Part shown: positions 10,326 to 18,048 of the stretch, one piece after another
Layout: each line of letters opens with the position of its first letter
How positions within the stretch are numbered: position 1 is the first letter of the stretch
Source: an uncultured Verrucomicrobiae bacterium
Lineage (GTDB): Bacteria; Verrucomicrobiota; Verrucomicrobiia; Chthoniobacterales; Chthoniobacteraceae
Length of the DNA: 64,000 nucleotides
Assembly (NCBI GenBank): GCA_963836755.1
Contig: CAWIKF010000002.1
Coordinates: forward strand, 1,984,001-2,048,000
Reading direction: 5' to 3'
The notes under the pieces: model-generated
Seen by the model: only the letters and a program-made list of their open reading frames with translations
Databases searched by the model: none
Told to the model about the DNA's origin: nothing
Made by a program: the position numbers and the translations under genes

Positions 10326-11525
10326 CTATTCCTTGATCCGAGTCAGAACGAACCCCGCTTTCCGCAGCGCCGGCTGCATTCCGTCGCGCAAAAACAAGCG
10401 TTCATGTTCGTCCAGCAGATAGCGATCGGTCATGCCGGAGAGATAATCACAAACCGTTCGGTGCAATCCGTCTCTCTTCATGCGATTTGACGTCGCGACG
10501 CCAAGTAGTTTTGGATCTTTGATGTAAGCCCCGAAAACGTTGCGCAGCATCGCGCACGCGTGCTGGTTCACGCCGGCGACGCGCGGGTGCAGGTAGAGAT
10601 TTTTGTAGAGAAATTTCCGCAGTTTGCGGTTCGCCTGCAGCAGCCGCGAACTGTAGCGGATGAGCGGTTTTTTTTGCCGCCGCACCGCATCGACGCTCTG
10701 CGCGCCGGAGTCGTCAATCAGCTCGGCGCTGGTCGTGATCACGTCCTGCACCTGTCGGTCGATGATGCAGCGAATGACATAGGTCGTGAGCGCGCGGCCC
10801 TTGAGCTTTGGAAAATCTCTGCGCACCTGCTCGTAACTTTCACGCCATGCCTCGAGCTCTGCGAGCTGCTTCGGGTGGATCAAGTCAAACTCGAGCCCGT
10901 CATCGAGATCGTGCGAGTAATAAGTGATCTCGTCCGCGAGATTCGCAATCTGCGCCTCGAGCGAAGGACTCGAATATTTCTCGGCCGAATTTTTCGCGGG
11001 AACTTCGTAAAACTTGTCGTGCTTTTTCAAGCCCTCGAGCACTTCGTGCGAAAGATTCAGCCCCGCAAATTTCGGATACTTTGTTTCGATCACCTCGACG
11101 ATCCGCACGCTCTGCGTGTTGTGCTCAAAGCCGCCATGCGTCTCCATCAGCGCGTTGAGTTCATCCTCGCCGGAATGGCCGAACGGCGCATGACCGAGGT
11201 CATGCGCGAGCGCGATCGTCTCCGCGAGATCCTCATTTAAGGCCAGCGCGCGGGCGATCGTGCGCGAGATCGACGCGACCTCGATCGTGTGCGTGAGCCG
11301 CGTGCGCAGATGATCGCCGGTGCCGTTGAGAAAGACCTGCGTTTTGTATTCGAGCCGCCGGAAGGCGCGCGAATGGATGATCCGCGCCTTGTCGCGCTGA
11401 TATTCGGTGCGGAAAGGATGCCTCGGCTCGTGGTGCAGTCGGCCTGCGGAGTCGGCCGACTTTTGCGCGTAAGGCGCCAGCATCGCCTGCTCCTGCCGCT
11501 CGATGTCCTCTCGCGTTTTTAGCAT
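10326..11525 (-). CDS. dgt: Deoxyguanosinetriphosphate triphosphohydrolase (HD superfamily)
   Basis: RTEYQRDKARIIHSRAFRRLEYKTQV, RTRLTHTIEV, AHDLGHAPFGHSGE, DYLSGMTDRY; start taken at MLKTREDIE. Confidence 0.95.
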   Translation of the reverse strand: MLKTREDIERQEQAMLAPYAQKSADSAGRLHHEPRHPFRTEYQRDKARIIHSRAFRRLEYKTQVFLNGTGDHLRTRLTHTIEVASISRTIARALALNEDLAETIALAHDLGHAPFGHSGEDELNALMETHGGFEHNTQSVRIVEVIETKYPKFAGLNLSHEVLEGLKKHDKFYEVPAKNSAEKYSSPSLEAQIANLADEITYYSHDLDDGLEFDLIHPKQLAELEAWRESYEQVRRDFPKLKGRALTTYVIRCIIDRQVQDVITTSAELIDDSGAQSVDAVRRQKKPLIRYSSRLLQANRKLRKFLYKNLYLHPRVAGVNQHACAMLRNVFGAYIKDPKLLGVATSNRMKRDGLHRTVCDYLSGMTDRYLLDEHERLFLRDGMQPALRKAGFVLTRIKE

Positions 11526-11535
11526 GCGCGCATGA

Positions 11536-11850
11536 CTAGACATCATCGCCATCCGGGGCGCCAAGAATTTCCGATTTTAAGCGTCGCCGTTCGCGCGCGG
11601 CTTGCGTGCGCACTGCAAGCAAATCGTAAATCGCGAGCAGCACCGCGCAGAGCGTGAGCCATCCGCAGACCGCCCAATAACAGACAAAGACGAACGGATG
11701 ATCCATGAGCGTGCTGTTCAAAAAAGTAGCGCCGCAAAAAAGGAGGACCAGCGCGATGACGAGCCCGAAAAACATCAACGAGCGCCTCGTCTGCTGGCTG
11801 CGGATCGCGCCGCGCGTGACCGCGATGACGAGAGGAGCCTGATCGCGCAT
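11536..11850 (-). CDS. Small two-TM hypothetical membrane protein
   Basis: Two hydrophobic helices and a basic tail; co-oriented upstream of dgt. Confidence 0.7.
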   Translation of the reverse strand: MRDQAPLVIAVTRGAIRSQQTRRSLMFFGLVIALVLLFCGATFLNSTLMDHPFVFVCYWAVCGWLTLCAVLLAIYDLLAVRTQAARERRRLKSEILGAPDGDDV

Positions 11851-11925
11851 GCAGGCACTTTACAAAGCGAGCGAGGAAATGCCATCCGCGCAGCAAACTT
11901 TTCCAGAACGGAGTCATGCTCGAAA

Positions 11926-11944
11926 TGCGCGATACAGTTCGAAC
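11926..11944 (+). repeat. att-like duplicate of the tRNA-Val 3' end (2-nt deletion)
   Basis: 19 of 21 nt identical to 17032-17052, same orientation. Confidence 0.8.
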
Positions 11945-12240
11945 GTATAGACAAATCGAGTATTCATCAGGGTTTGCGGGTAGGGGTGTCACTGAGAGCG
12001 TCACACGCCGAGGAGTTTTCTCAAGACGTGCGAGAAGTCATTGCGCTTTGGCAATGTCTTCTCCCTGAAATAAAGGCGGCGGTCTTGACGGTGGCGCGGA
12101 CTGGATTCGACCTCGCAAGTGCGTCCCGAACCATAGCGCTGGCCCGGTTCCGCGCTTGGTGAAAACGGCACACCGAAAGATTTCGACTCGGGGCAATTCC
12201 GCGCCGCGCCGGAAAACAAAGTAAAAAAGAAAGAAAAAAT

Positions 12241-12513
12241 ATGAAATTCCATGTTCAAGTTCGCGCGGACGTGCCGAACACGTTTGCCAAGAAAAACGGG
12301 GACAAGGTGCAAGAGCGATTGCTCACCTGCATCGACCGCACGCCTGATGCAATGGTGGCCGATACCTTCGAGGTCCTGGCCGCGAATCTCCCGTTCAGCG
12401 AAGCGGGGTCACTCGTCGGCAAAACCGCCGAGCTGCACGTCACGCAGATGACGCCGCGCAATGTCGGTGTCCGGCTTCACGCGAAGGTGTTCGCTAATCC
12501 CGCGAGCAAGTAA
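12241..12513 (+). CDS. Small beta-rich protein, putative ssDNA-binding (inovirus pV-like OB fold)
   Basis: 90 aa, alternating beta-strand pattern, A-rich leader; precedes a Rep-like fragment. Function is inference. Confidence 0.5.
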   Translation: MKFHVQVRADVPNTFAKKNGDKVQERLLTCIDRTPDAMVADTFEVLAANLPFSEAGSLVGKTAELHVTQMTPRNVGVRLHAKVFANPASK

Positions 12514-12533
12514 TCGAAACGCTTTAATCTCAA

Positions 12534-12644
12534 ATGAAACATCCGGAGTCGTGGGCGGTCGGCCAGATACCATGGCAATTCTTCTGCACGTTGACCTGGG
12601 CCAATGAGGGGTCGTTTAAGCGGCCATTCAGCCCGTGCCGCTGA
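12534..12644 (+). pseudogene. Truncated N-terminus of a putative rolling-circle (HUH) replication initiator
   Basis: MKHPESWAVGQIPWQFFCTLTW contains an F-x-T-L-T motif I-like sequence; the frame ends after 36 codons at an apparent deletion junction. Confidence 0.45.
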
Positions 12645-12664
12645 AGTTCGAGATCGAGAAGTAG
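12620..12664 (+). pseudogene. 3'-terminal 15 codons of an SGNH-hydrolase paralog
   Basis: Encodes AAIQPVPLKFEIEK*, near-identical to AAIQPIPLKFDIEK* at the end of the pseudogene at 41238. Confidence 0.7.
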
Positions 12665-12694
12665 GCGCGCGGGCCGGCTGCCGTCGGCTAACTT

Positions 12695-13846
12695 TTACGC
12701 TAACGAAACGGTAACTCTTTTACTGCCCTGGCTGGCCGACGCATAGATGCCTTCCAGGATGCGGATGTCGCGCAGACCCATCTCGCCGGGACAGGCAAAG
12801 GGCTGCTTGGTCCGAATCGCCTCGGCGAAATGATCGTGGAGCACGGCGAGTTGCATGGTGCCGGCCAGATCGGGACTGGTGCCGTCCGGTAGTGTCAGCT
12901 TCATTGGAGCAGGTTTCGCATGGGCGCTCTGCGAGAAGGATGTGCAGGAAAAAGTTCCGTGTTCCGCATGCACTGCGAATTCTCCTTTGCCACCAGCGTA
13001 GCTAGCGCGGCCTTCATGAGTCACGCCGCCCGGGTATTCAAAGTTTACCTTCATCGTTTCCTCGATGTCTGCCGAGTATCCCGGATCAGTAGAGCTAGGA
13101 AAGGCTGTGACTGCGACGGGTGTCGAACCAGTGATATAACAACCGGCCTGGATGCTATAGACGCCGGTATCAAACATAGCCCCGCCTCCTGCCAGTTTCT
13201 TATCCCACAGCCATGGCTTACCATTCCCGCGATGCCATGAGAACTCCGTCGAGAGGGACCTGACAGCGCCATAGACCTTGTCGTGGGATAGTCGCATCAT
13301 CTCCAAATGGTGCGGCTCGAAGTGGAGGCGGTAATCCACCGCAAGGTATCGGTCGGCCTTTCGCGCCGCATCGATCATGCTCTGGCATTCCTTGCTGCTG
13401 ATCGCCATCGGCTTCTCACACATGACATGCTTGCCCGCGTTTAGTGCGGCAATGGTGTGCGCTGCGTGAAGACCATTCGGAGTTACCACGTGGACGATAT
13501 CGATGTCCTTGTTGTCCGCCATGCGCGGCATCTGATCGTAGGTAAAGATGTTCGCCTCAGGGAAGCCATACTGCGCGGCGTAGCGGCGTCCTTTGCCCGC
13601 GGGATCGCCGGTGACAACTCCGGCAAAGTAGACATTCTGTGACAAAGCGAGTTCCGGTGCGATGCTGGCCCCGCTGAATCCGCCGAGACCTACTAACACC
13701 ACACCTAGCTTCCCTTTGCGTCGCTGCTCCGCAAAGGGTTCCGGTGCCGAAAAAGTTCTTCGTGGAAATCCTAAAAGTGTCGTTGCCGATAAAGTCAGCG
13801 CACCTTTGATGAAAGTGCGCCGGGTAGAAGAGGGGAGTGGTTTCAT
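12695..13846 (-). CDS. Glucose-fructose oxidoreductase-like Gfo/Idh/MocA protein with Tat signal
   Basis: TRRTFIK twin-arginine signal, LVGLGGFS, AGKHVMCEKPM, GGGAMFDTGVY. Confidence 0.9.
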   Translation of the reverse strand: MKPLPSSTRRTFIKGALTLSATTLLGFPRRTFSAPEPFAEQRRKGKLGVVLVGLGGFSGASIAPELALSQNVYFAGVVTGDPAGKGRRYAAQYGFPEANIFTYDQMPRMADNKDIDIVHVVTPNGLHAAHTIAALNAGKHVMCEKPMAISSKECQSMIDAARKADRYLAVDYRLHFEPHHLEMMRLSHDKVYGAVRSLSTEFSWHRGNGKPWLWDKKLAGGGAMFDTGVYSIQAGCYITGSTPVAVTAFPSSTDPGYSADIEETMKVNFEYPGGVTHEGRASYAGGKGEFAVHAEHGTFSCTSFSQSAHAKPAPMKLTLPDGTSPDLAGTMQLAVLHDHFAEAIRTKQPFACPGEMGLRDIRILEGIYASASQGSKRVTVSLA

Positions 13847-13921
13847 AGATGGTAAGGCCGCAAGTGAAGTATTCCCTATATCAAGCCGATACATCTCAAC
13901 GATCTTTTTCGAAAGCTCCTT

Positions 13922-15019
13922 CTACTTCGTCTCCGCCTTGTAGCCGTGCCACAGCCATTCCAAGGCTTCCGGCAAAGTCTCACGCTTCACACCTTGATCC
14001 ACATGCCCGGCGTTTTGCGCGAAGACAAATTGGTAATGGTAACCTTTCGCCGCCAGCACCCGCGCCATGTCTTCATTGGCGCCGACCCAGTCATGCATCC
14101 CATCGCGCATGATGTTTGGATTCAGTAAATCGCGGTCGCCCACTTCCATCCAGATGCGCAGCGGCTTTGCGGGGCTGTTAGGAATCAAGTGCTCGTGAAA
14201 TTCCCACGCGCCGTGCGGTGTCTCCGCGCTCGGCGGCCATTGCTGGTTCACGAAAGTGCCGGAGTAAGTCAGCACGCGGCGAAAAAGTTCCGGATGATAC
14301 CACGCCATGATCAGCGCGCACGAGCCGCCGGAGCTGCCGCCCATCGTCGCGCGCCCTTCCGGGTCTTTGGTCAGCTTCACGCCGCAATTCTTCTCCACCA
14401 ACGGCAGCACCTCACTCTCCACGAACTCCGCATACTTGCCCGACATCGTGTCGTATTCCAATCCGCGCTCGCTGCCCTGCGCGTCGCCGCTGCCATTACC
14501 GATGGAGATCGCAATCATCACCGGCACGCGCTTCTCACCAATCAAGTGATCTAGCGCCGCGAATGAAAGACGGTCCGGCCCATCCGCCCCCACGATGAAA
14601 GGCGCGGCCGTGCCGGCGACATATTGACTGGGAATGTAAACCGCCACGCGGCGCGTGTAAGGAGCCGGATGGCTCGTCGTCACCACCAGCTTCGCCGGAT
14701 CGGCGGGGTCGGGCGCGCCAAACGTCTTAGGATCGCGCGCGATGCCGGGAAAAATTTTGCTGTCCGCCGAGCTCATCGTGAACTCCACGACCTTTCCCTG
14801 CGTAATGGCGGTTCCCGTCAATTCCGGCGCTGGCGGATGCGTCGGGCCGAGGATGAAATTCCCATCCACATCGGCAGGCGGCACCGTGCCATCCGGCAGC
14901 ACCTTCGCAGGCACGCTCCCCGGCGCGTGCGGATCGCGCGTGGGCGCGGCGGGACGCGCAGTCGTCGTAATGGCGAGACTGGCGATGCCAGCGAGAATCA
15001 AAAATGGACGCAGATGCAT
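13922..15019 (-). CDS. Secreted Fes/enterochelin-esterase-like alpha/beta hydrolase
   Basis: Signal peptide, GGSSGG nucleophile elbow, AKGYHYQFVF...GH catalytic His region. Confidence 0.88.
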   Translation of the reverse strand: MHLRPFLILAGIASLAITTTARPAAPTRDPHAPGSVPAKVLPDGTVPPADVDGNFILGPTHPPAPELTGTAITQGKVVEFTMSSADSKIFPGIARDPKTFGAPDPADPAKLVVTTSHPAPYTRRVAVYIPSQYVAGTAAPFIVGADGPDRLSFAALDHLIGEKRVPVMIAISIGNGSGDAQGSERGLEYDTMSGKYAEFVESEVLPLVEKNCGVKLTKDPEGRATMGGSSGGSCALIMAWYHPELFRRVLTYSGTFVNQQWPPSAETPHGAWEFHEHLIPNSPAKPLRIWMEVGDRDLLNPNIMRDGMHDWVGANEDMARVLAAKGYHYQFVFAQNAGHVDQGVKRETLPEALEWLWHGYKAETK

Positions 15020-15026
15020 CGGGCGC

Positions 15027-15113
15027 GGCACCTGCCGGCGGGTGTAAAGGGGACGGTGGTCTGTCGCAGGTGCCCTGACTGCGGAGCCTGCTAGCTGCAT
15101 CGCATGGTTAGGT
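15027..15113 (-). other. Truncated attC site (integron cassette recombination site)
   Basis: Minus strand starts ACCTAACCATGCGATGCAGC like the two complete sites and keeps an internal GGCACCTGC/GCAGGTGCC hairpin, but lacks the closing GTTRRRY. Confidence 0.6.
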
Positions 15114-15129
15114 GCATTGGTGGAATTGC

Positions 15130-15339
15130 TCACTCGGCGAAACAGTCGCTGTCGATCTTCTTGATCTCGTATGTGGATACAATGGAGACTCCCAAACTAA
15201 AGTCGATCATCATCTCCGCAAGCTGAGTGCCGTCGATGAGAACAATCTTGCTTCCGATAGTAGAAACGTAGTCGCGGGCGTTGTCCGTGAAGGTGGACGT
15301 AGTAATGTAAATCCCTTTGTTGGCTCGTTGGCCTTGCAC
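15130..15339 (-). pseudogene. mrr: C-terminal fragment of Mrr-type restriction endonuclease (gene cassette)
   Basis: KGIYITTSTFT...IVLIDGTQLAEMMIDFSLGVS...YEIKKIDSDCF is the typical Mrr C-terminus; the N-terminal and catalytic parts are absent. Confidence 0.85.
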
Positions 15340-15348
15340 GGCTTATGC

Positions 15349-15472
15349 GCCTAACGACCCCAAGCTCAGCGACTGCGGAGGCTGGCGCGCTGGCTGCATG
15401 GGGGCGGAAAGGCGGAGGCTGCAAGCAGCCAGCGTGACAGCCGGAGCAGTTCGCTGCAGCGCATGGTTAGGC
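15349..15472 (-). other. attC site (124 bp)
   Basis: Minus strand GCCTAAC ... GTTAGGC with an imperfect internal palindrome (GCAGCGAAC / GTCGCTGAGC); the HNH stop codon lies inside the RYYYAAC box. Confidence 0.9.
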
Positions 15473-16324
15473 CATTTGCTCGAATTCATGGAATCGTCGG
15501 TGCCATTGCAGGTATGCACGTGTGGGCTGTGGTAAGTCGGACAGCTTGGCCGCGGATGGGATGCCGATTGCGTTGCGGTCAGCGAGGGAAAAGTGCGGCG
15601 AAAAGATCATCTCGCCGATGTCCGAGAACGAAATAAGTCCGTGCTCGAACGCAAGGTCGATGTGTCCCGCGAGGATTATGCCATTGTTGGCGTCAAGGCG
15701 TTCGGCGGTGCTAGACTGTGACACACGCTTGATGTGGGCCGCACGCAGAAGGCGTCTATCTCGGCAGCCAGTGACGACGCAAGCAGGGCCACACCGATCC
15801 TCGACCCGTTTTCGCCAGTGTTGTTGCCAGAAACGACGCGAGGAAACCGTTCCAAACGTGGTAATGCTATCGTCTGCTTTCTGAATCTCTTCCGGCGTGA
15901 GTTCTTGCCATGAACGATTTGAATCGGTCTCGCTATCCTCCCAAGGCACCAATGTCCCATCCTGTGCTTTGCGGAACAAACATCCAATGACGTCTGCTAG
16001 GAGGGCGTAATGTTCTTTGTTTGGCTGTTTGACGACGCCATTCTTTTCATCAACGAGAATTGGGAAGCGATTCCGTAAGCCGGTTTTCCTGTCTTCGGTC
16101 CATTCTAGTATTCCGGGAGCCGCCTCAGACGGATCGAACTCTGAAGCCAAGCTCCGCCTAGCAAGTGAAGCAGCGTATGTGAGAGATTCGCGAAGGTATT
16201 TGTCGATTCGCGATCGACCATCGCCCTGAAAAGCCCGGAAATGTCGCTGACACTTGCCAACGGGATCGGTCAAATACGCACCTCGGGCTCCCAACTCTTC
16301 GCATACGTCGTGATACGTGCTCAT
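15467..16324 (-). CDS. HNH endonuclease gene cassette
   Basis: C-terminal CVVTG...LRAAHIK...ERLDANNGIILAGHIDLAFEHGLISF HNH signature; flanked by attC sites; ATG 10 nt after the upstream attC. Confidence 0.88.
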   Translation of the reverse strand: MSTYHDVCEELGARGAYLTDPVGKCQRHFRAFQGDGRSRIDKYLRESLTYAASLARRSLASEFDPSEAAPGILEWTEDRKTGLRNRFPILVDEKNGVVKQPNKEHYALLADVIGCLFRKAQDGTLVPWEDSETDSNRSWQELTPEEIQKADDSITTFGTVSSRRFWQQHWRKRVEDRCGPACVVTGCRDRRLLRAAHIKRVSQSSTAERLDANNGIILAGHIDLAFEHGLISFSDIGEMIFSPHFSLADRNAIGIPSAAKLSDLPQPTRAYLQWHRRFHEFEQMA

Positions 16325-16333
16325 CGGTTATTG

Positions 16334-16435
16334 GCCTAACGAATCCAAGCTCAGCGACGGAGGCTGGCGACGCAAGACGAAACCACGAAAGAGACCCCAC
16401 CGCCAGCCTCTGTTCGCTGGAGCGCGTGGTTAGGT
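16334..16435 (-). other. attC site (102 bp)
   Basis: Minus strand ACCTAAC ... GTTAGGC, internal GAGGCTGGCG/CGCCAGCCTC stem, ends shared with the 15349-15472 site. Confidence 0.9.
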
Positions 16436-16524
16436 GCCGTGGGCTTCGATTGGAGCGTGAAGATAGAACTCATTAAATCGTTCAATTTGGCTTGGACGCT
16501 ATCAAACCCAGATTCTCTCGTTGA

Positions 16525-16822
16525 CCCGACTCCGCTCGCGTCGCGCTACCGCTTCCGCATGAAGCTGGTGGGTGTGCAAAGCGAATACCAGCTCGCGGCG
16601 AGTTCTCCCGCGCCGATGGCGGCGATCGCCGGCGTGCTGCCGGGGCAGACGGTGGAGATCATCGTGCAGGCGGTGAATGGTTCGCTGCAAAGCGTGCCGA
16701 GCGCGAGTGTGACTTTCACCGTGCTTTTGCCGGTGAAGGCGGCGGAAGCGCCGGCTGCAAAAGTGGCGCTGGAGCTGCCTGCGCTGGCGACGAATGGGAA
16801 CGGGAAGCACAGCAGGGTTTAG
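16525..16822 (+). pseudogene. 5'-truncated fibronectin-type-III-like protein fragment
   Basis: GVLPGQTVEIIVQAVNGSLQSVPSASVTF FN3-like strands; composition changes abruptly near 16525; followed by a terminator. Left boundary approximate. Confidence 0.5.
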
Positions 16823-16859
16823 GCTTCGACATTAGGATTCACGCAGTTTTTTCCAATGG

Positions 16860-16897
16860 AAGGGGCGGCCGCGCATGATGGCGCTGCCGCCCCTTTT
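16860..16897 (+). terminator. Rho-independent terminator
   Basis: AAGGGGCGGC ... GCCGCCCCTTTT stem-loop with U-tract. Confidence 0.65.
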
Positions 16898-17028
16898 CCT
16901 TGTCCAGACGTGTCCCTCCAGCTCACGGAAATTGCACGGATGGGATCCATGGATCCGAAGGGGATCGCCGATCAAGCTTTGACTTGGAAAAACTATTTGC
17001 GCGAGGGGCGCGGCGTGGGGCGGGGGGA

Positions 17029-17103
17029 TGGTGCGCGATACAGGGTTCGAACCTGTGACCCCCTCCGTGTCAGGGAGGTGCTCTACCACTGAGCTAACCG
17101 CGC
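17029..17103 (-). tRNA. tRNA-Val(GAC)
   Basis: GCGCGGT/ATCGCGC acceptor stem, anticodon loop CTGACAC, GGTTCGAACCC T-arm, encoded CCA. Confidence 0.97.
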
Positions 17104-17222
17104 GTTTGTCCGGCCATTCCATCCGCGACTGGGCGAATGGAGCAGCGGAAAATAGTGGGTGCGCCGACGGCTTGCAAGCCTGCTTTTCACACAACGTGAA
17201 TGGCGGATGCGGGCGAAATGGC

Positions 17223-18002
17223 TTACGACTTTGCTTCGCCGTGGCGCTTTAGAAATTCATCCGCGAGATCGCGGTAAGCAGTCGCGCCGAGGCCGTTAGG
17301 ATCGTATTCCATGATGGTTTTGCCAAAGCTCGGCGCTTCGCCGAGGCGCACCGTGCGCGGGATCATCGTCTGATAAACGGTTTCGCCAAAATGCTTGCGC
17401 ACTTCGGCGACGACTTGCTGGCTGAGGTTTGTGCGGCTGTCGTGCATGGTCATGACGATGCCGTGAAGAGTGAGGGCGGAATTCGCGCCGGACGCTCGAA
17501 TTTGCTCGATGACTTGCACGATTTTTGAAAGGCCCTCGAGCGCGAAGTATTCGCACTGGAGCGGGACGAGGAGCTCGTCGGCGGCGGCGAGCGCATTGGT
17601 CATGAGGATGCCAAGCGACGGCGGGCAATCGAATAGCACATAGTCAAACGCCGCATCCTCGCGCAGCGGCCAGAGGACTTCGCGCAGCCGCGTGAGGTGA
17701 TGGTCGCCGCGCGCGACTTCGATTTCTGCTCCGGCGAGGTCGAGATCGGCGGGGACGATGGAAAGCGTCTCGAAGCGCGTGGGGAGAATTTGTTTCGCGA
17801 CGGGGCCCTGGTCGACGAGCGGCTTGTAAATGCTGTGCCCGTCCACGCCCTCGACGCCGAGCGCGCTGGTGGCGTTGCCCTGCGGGTCGAGGTCGATGAG
17901 GAGGACGAATTGCCCCTTGAGCGCGAGGCAGGCGGCGAGGTTGACGGCGGTCGTGGTCTTGCCGACGCCTCCTTTTTGATTGGCCACGGCGATGGTTTTC
18001 AT
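17223..18002 (-). CDS. parA: ParA/Soj family ATPase
   Basis: NQKGGVGKTTT deviant Walker A, IDLDPQGNAT, DCPPSLG, PLQCEYFALEGL, EAPSFG. Confidence 0.95.
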   Translation of the reverse strand: MKTIAVANQKGGVGKTTTAVNLAACLALKGQFVLLIDLDPQGNATSALGVEGVDGHSIYKPLVDQGPVAKQILPTRFETLSIVPADLDLAGAEIEVARGDHHLTRLREVLWPLREDAAFDYVLFDCPPSLGILMTNALAAADELLVPLQCEYFALEGLSKIVQVIEQIRASGANSALTLHGIVMTMHDSRTNLSQQVVAEVRKHFGETVYQTMIPRTVRLGEAPSFGKTIMEYDPNGLGATAYRDLADEFLKRHGEAKS

Positions 18003-18048
18003 TTCTGGAAAGTCTGCGAAACTAGTCGTTCGAAAAATATTGTCCAAC

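Larger units (their letters stand above)
11926..17052. mobile_element. Decayed genomic island integrated at the 3' end of tRNA-Val
   Basis: Bounded by TGCGCGATACAG--TTCGAAC (11926-11944) and TGCGCGATACAGGGTTCGAAC (17032-17052, tRNA 3' half); mosaic cargo and gene fragments; no integrase left. Confidence 0.8.

Noticed and set aside
10326..11525. dGTPase as an anti-phage nucleotide-depletion system
   Set aside because: Looks like the ordinary housekeeping Dgt form, has core-like codon usage and lies outside the att-bounded island.
15020..15133. N-terminal extension of the esterase ORF (MSNSTNAPNHAMQ...)
   Set aside because: Merely reads through the truncated attC; the signal peptide starts at 15019.
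16943..16956. Perfect 14-bp palindrome GGATCCATGGATCC
   Set aside because: Single occurrence with no supporting context; cannot assign a function.
17223..18002. parA as part of the island or as evidence for oriC
   Set aside because: Lies outside the tRNA-Val boundary, with no parB, dnaA or DnaA-box cluster; a chromosomal Soj-type orphan.
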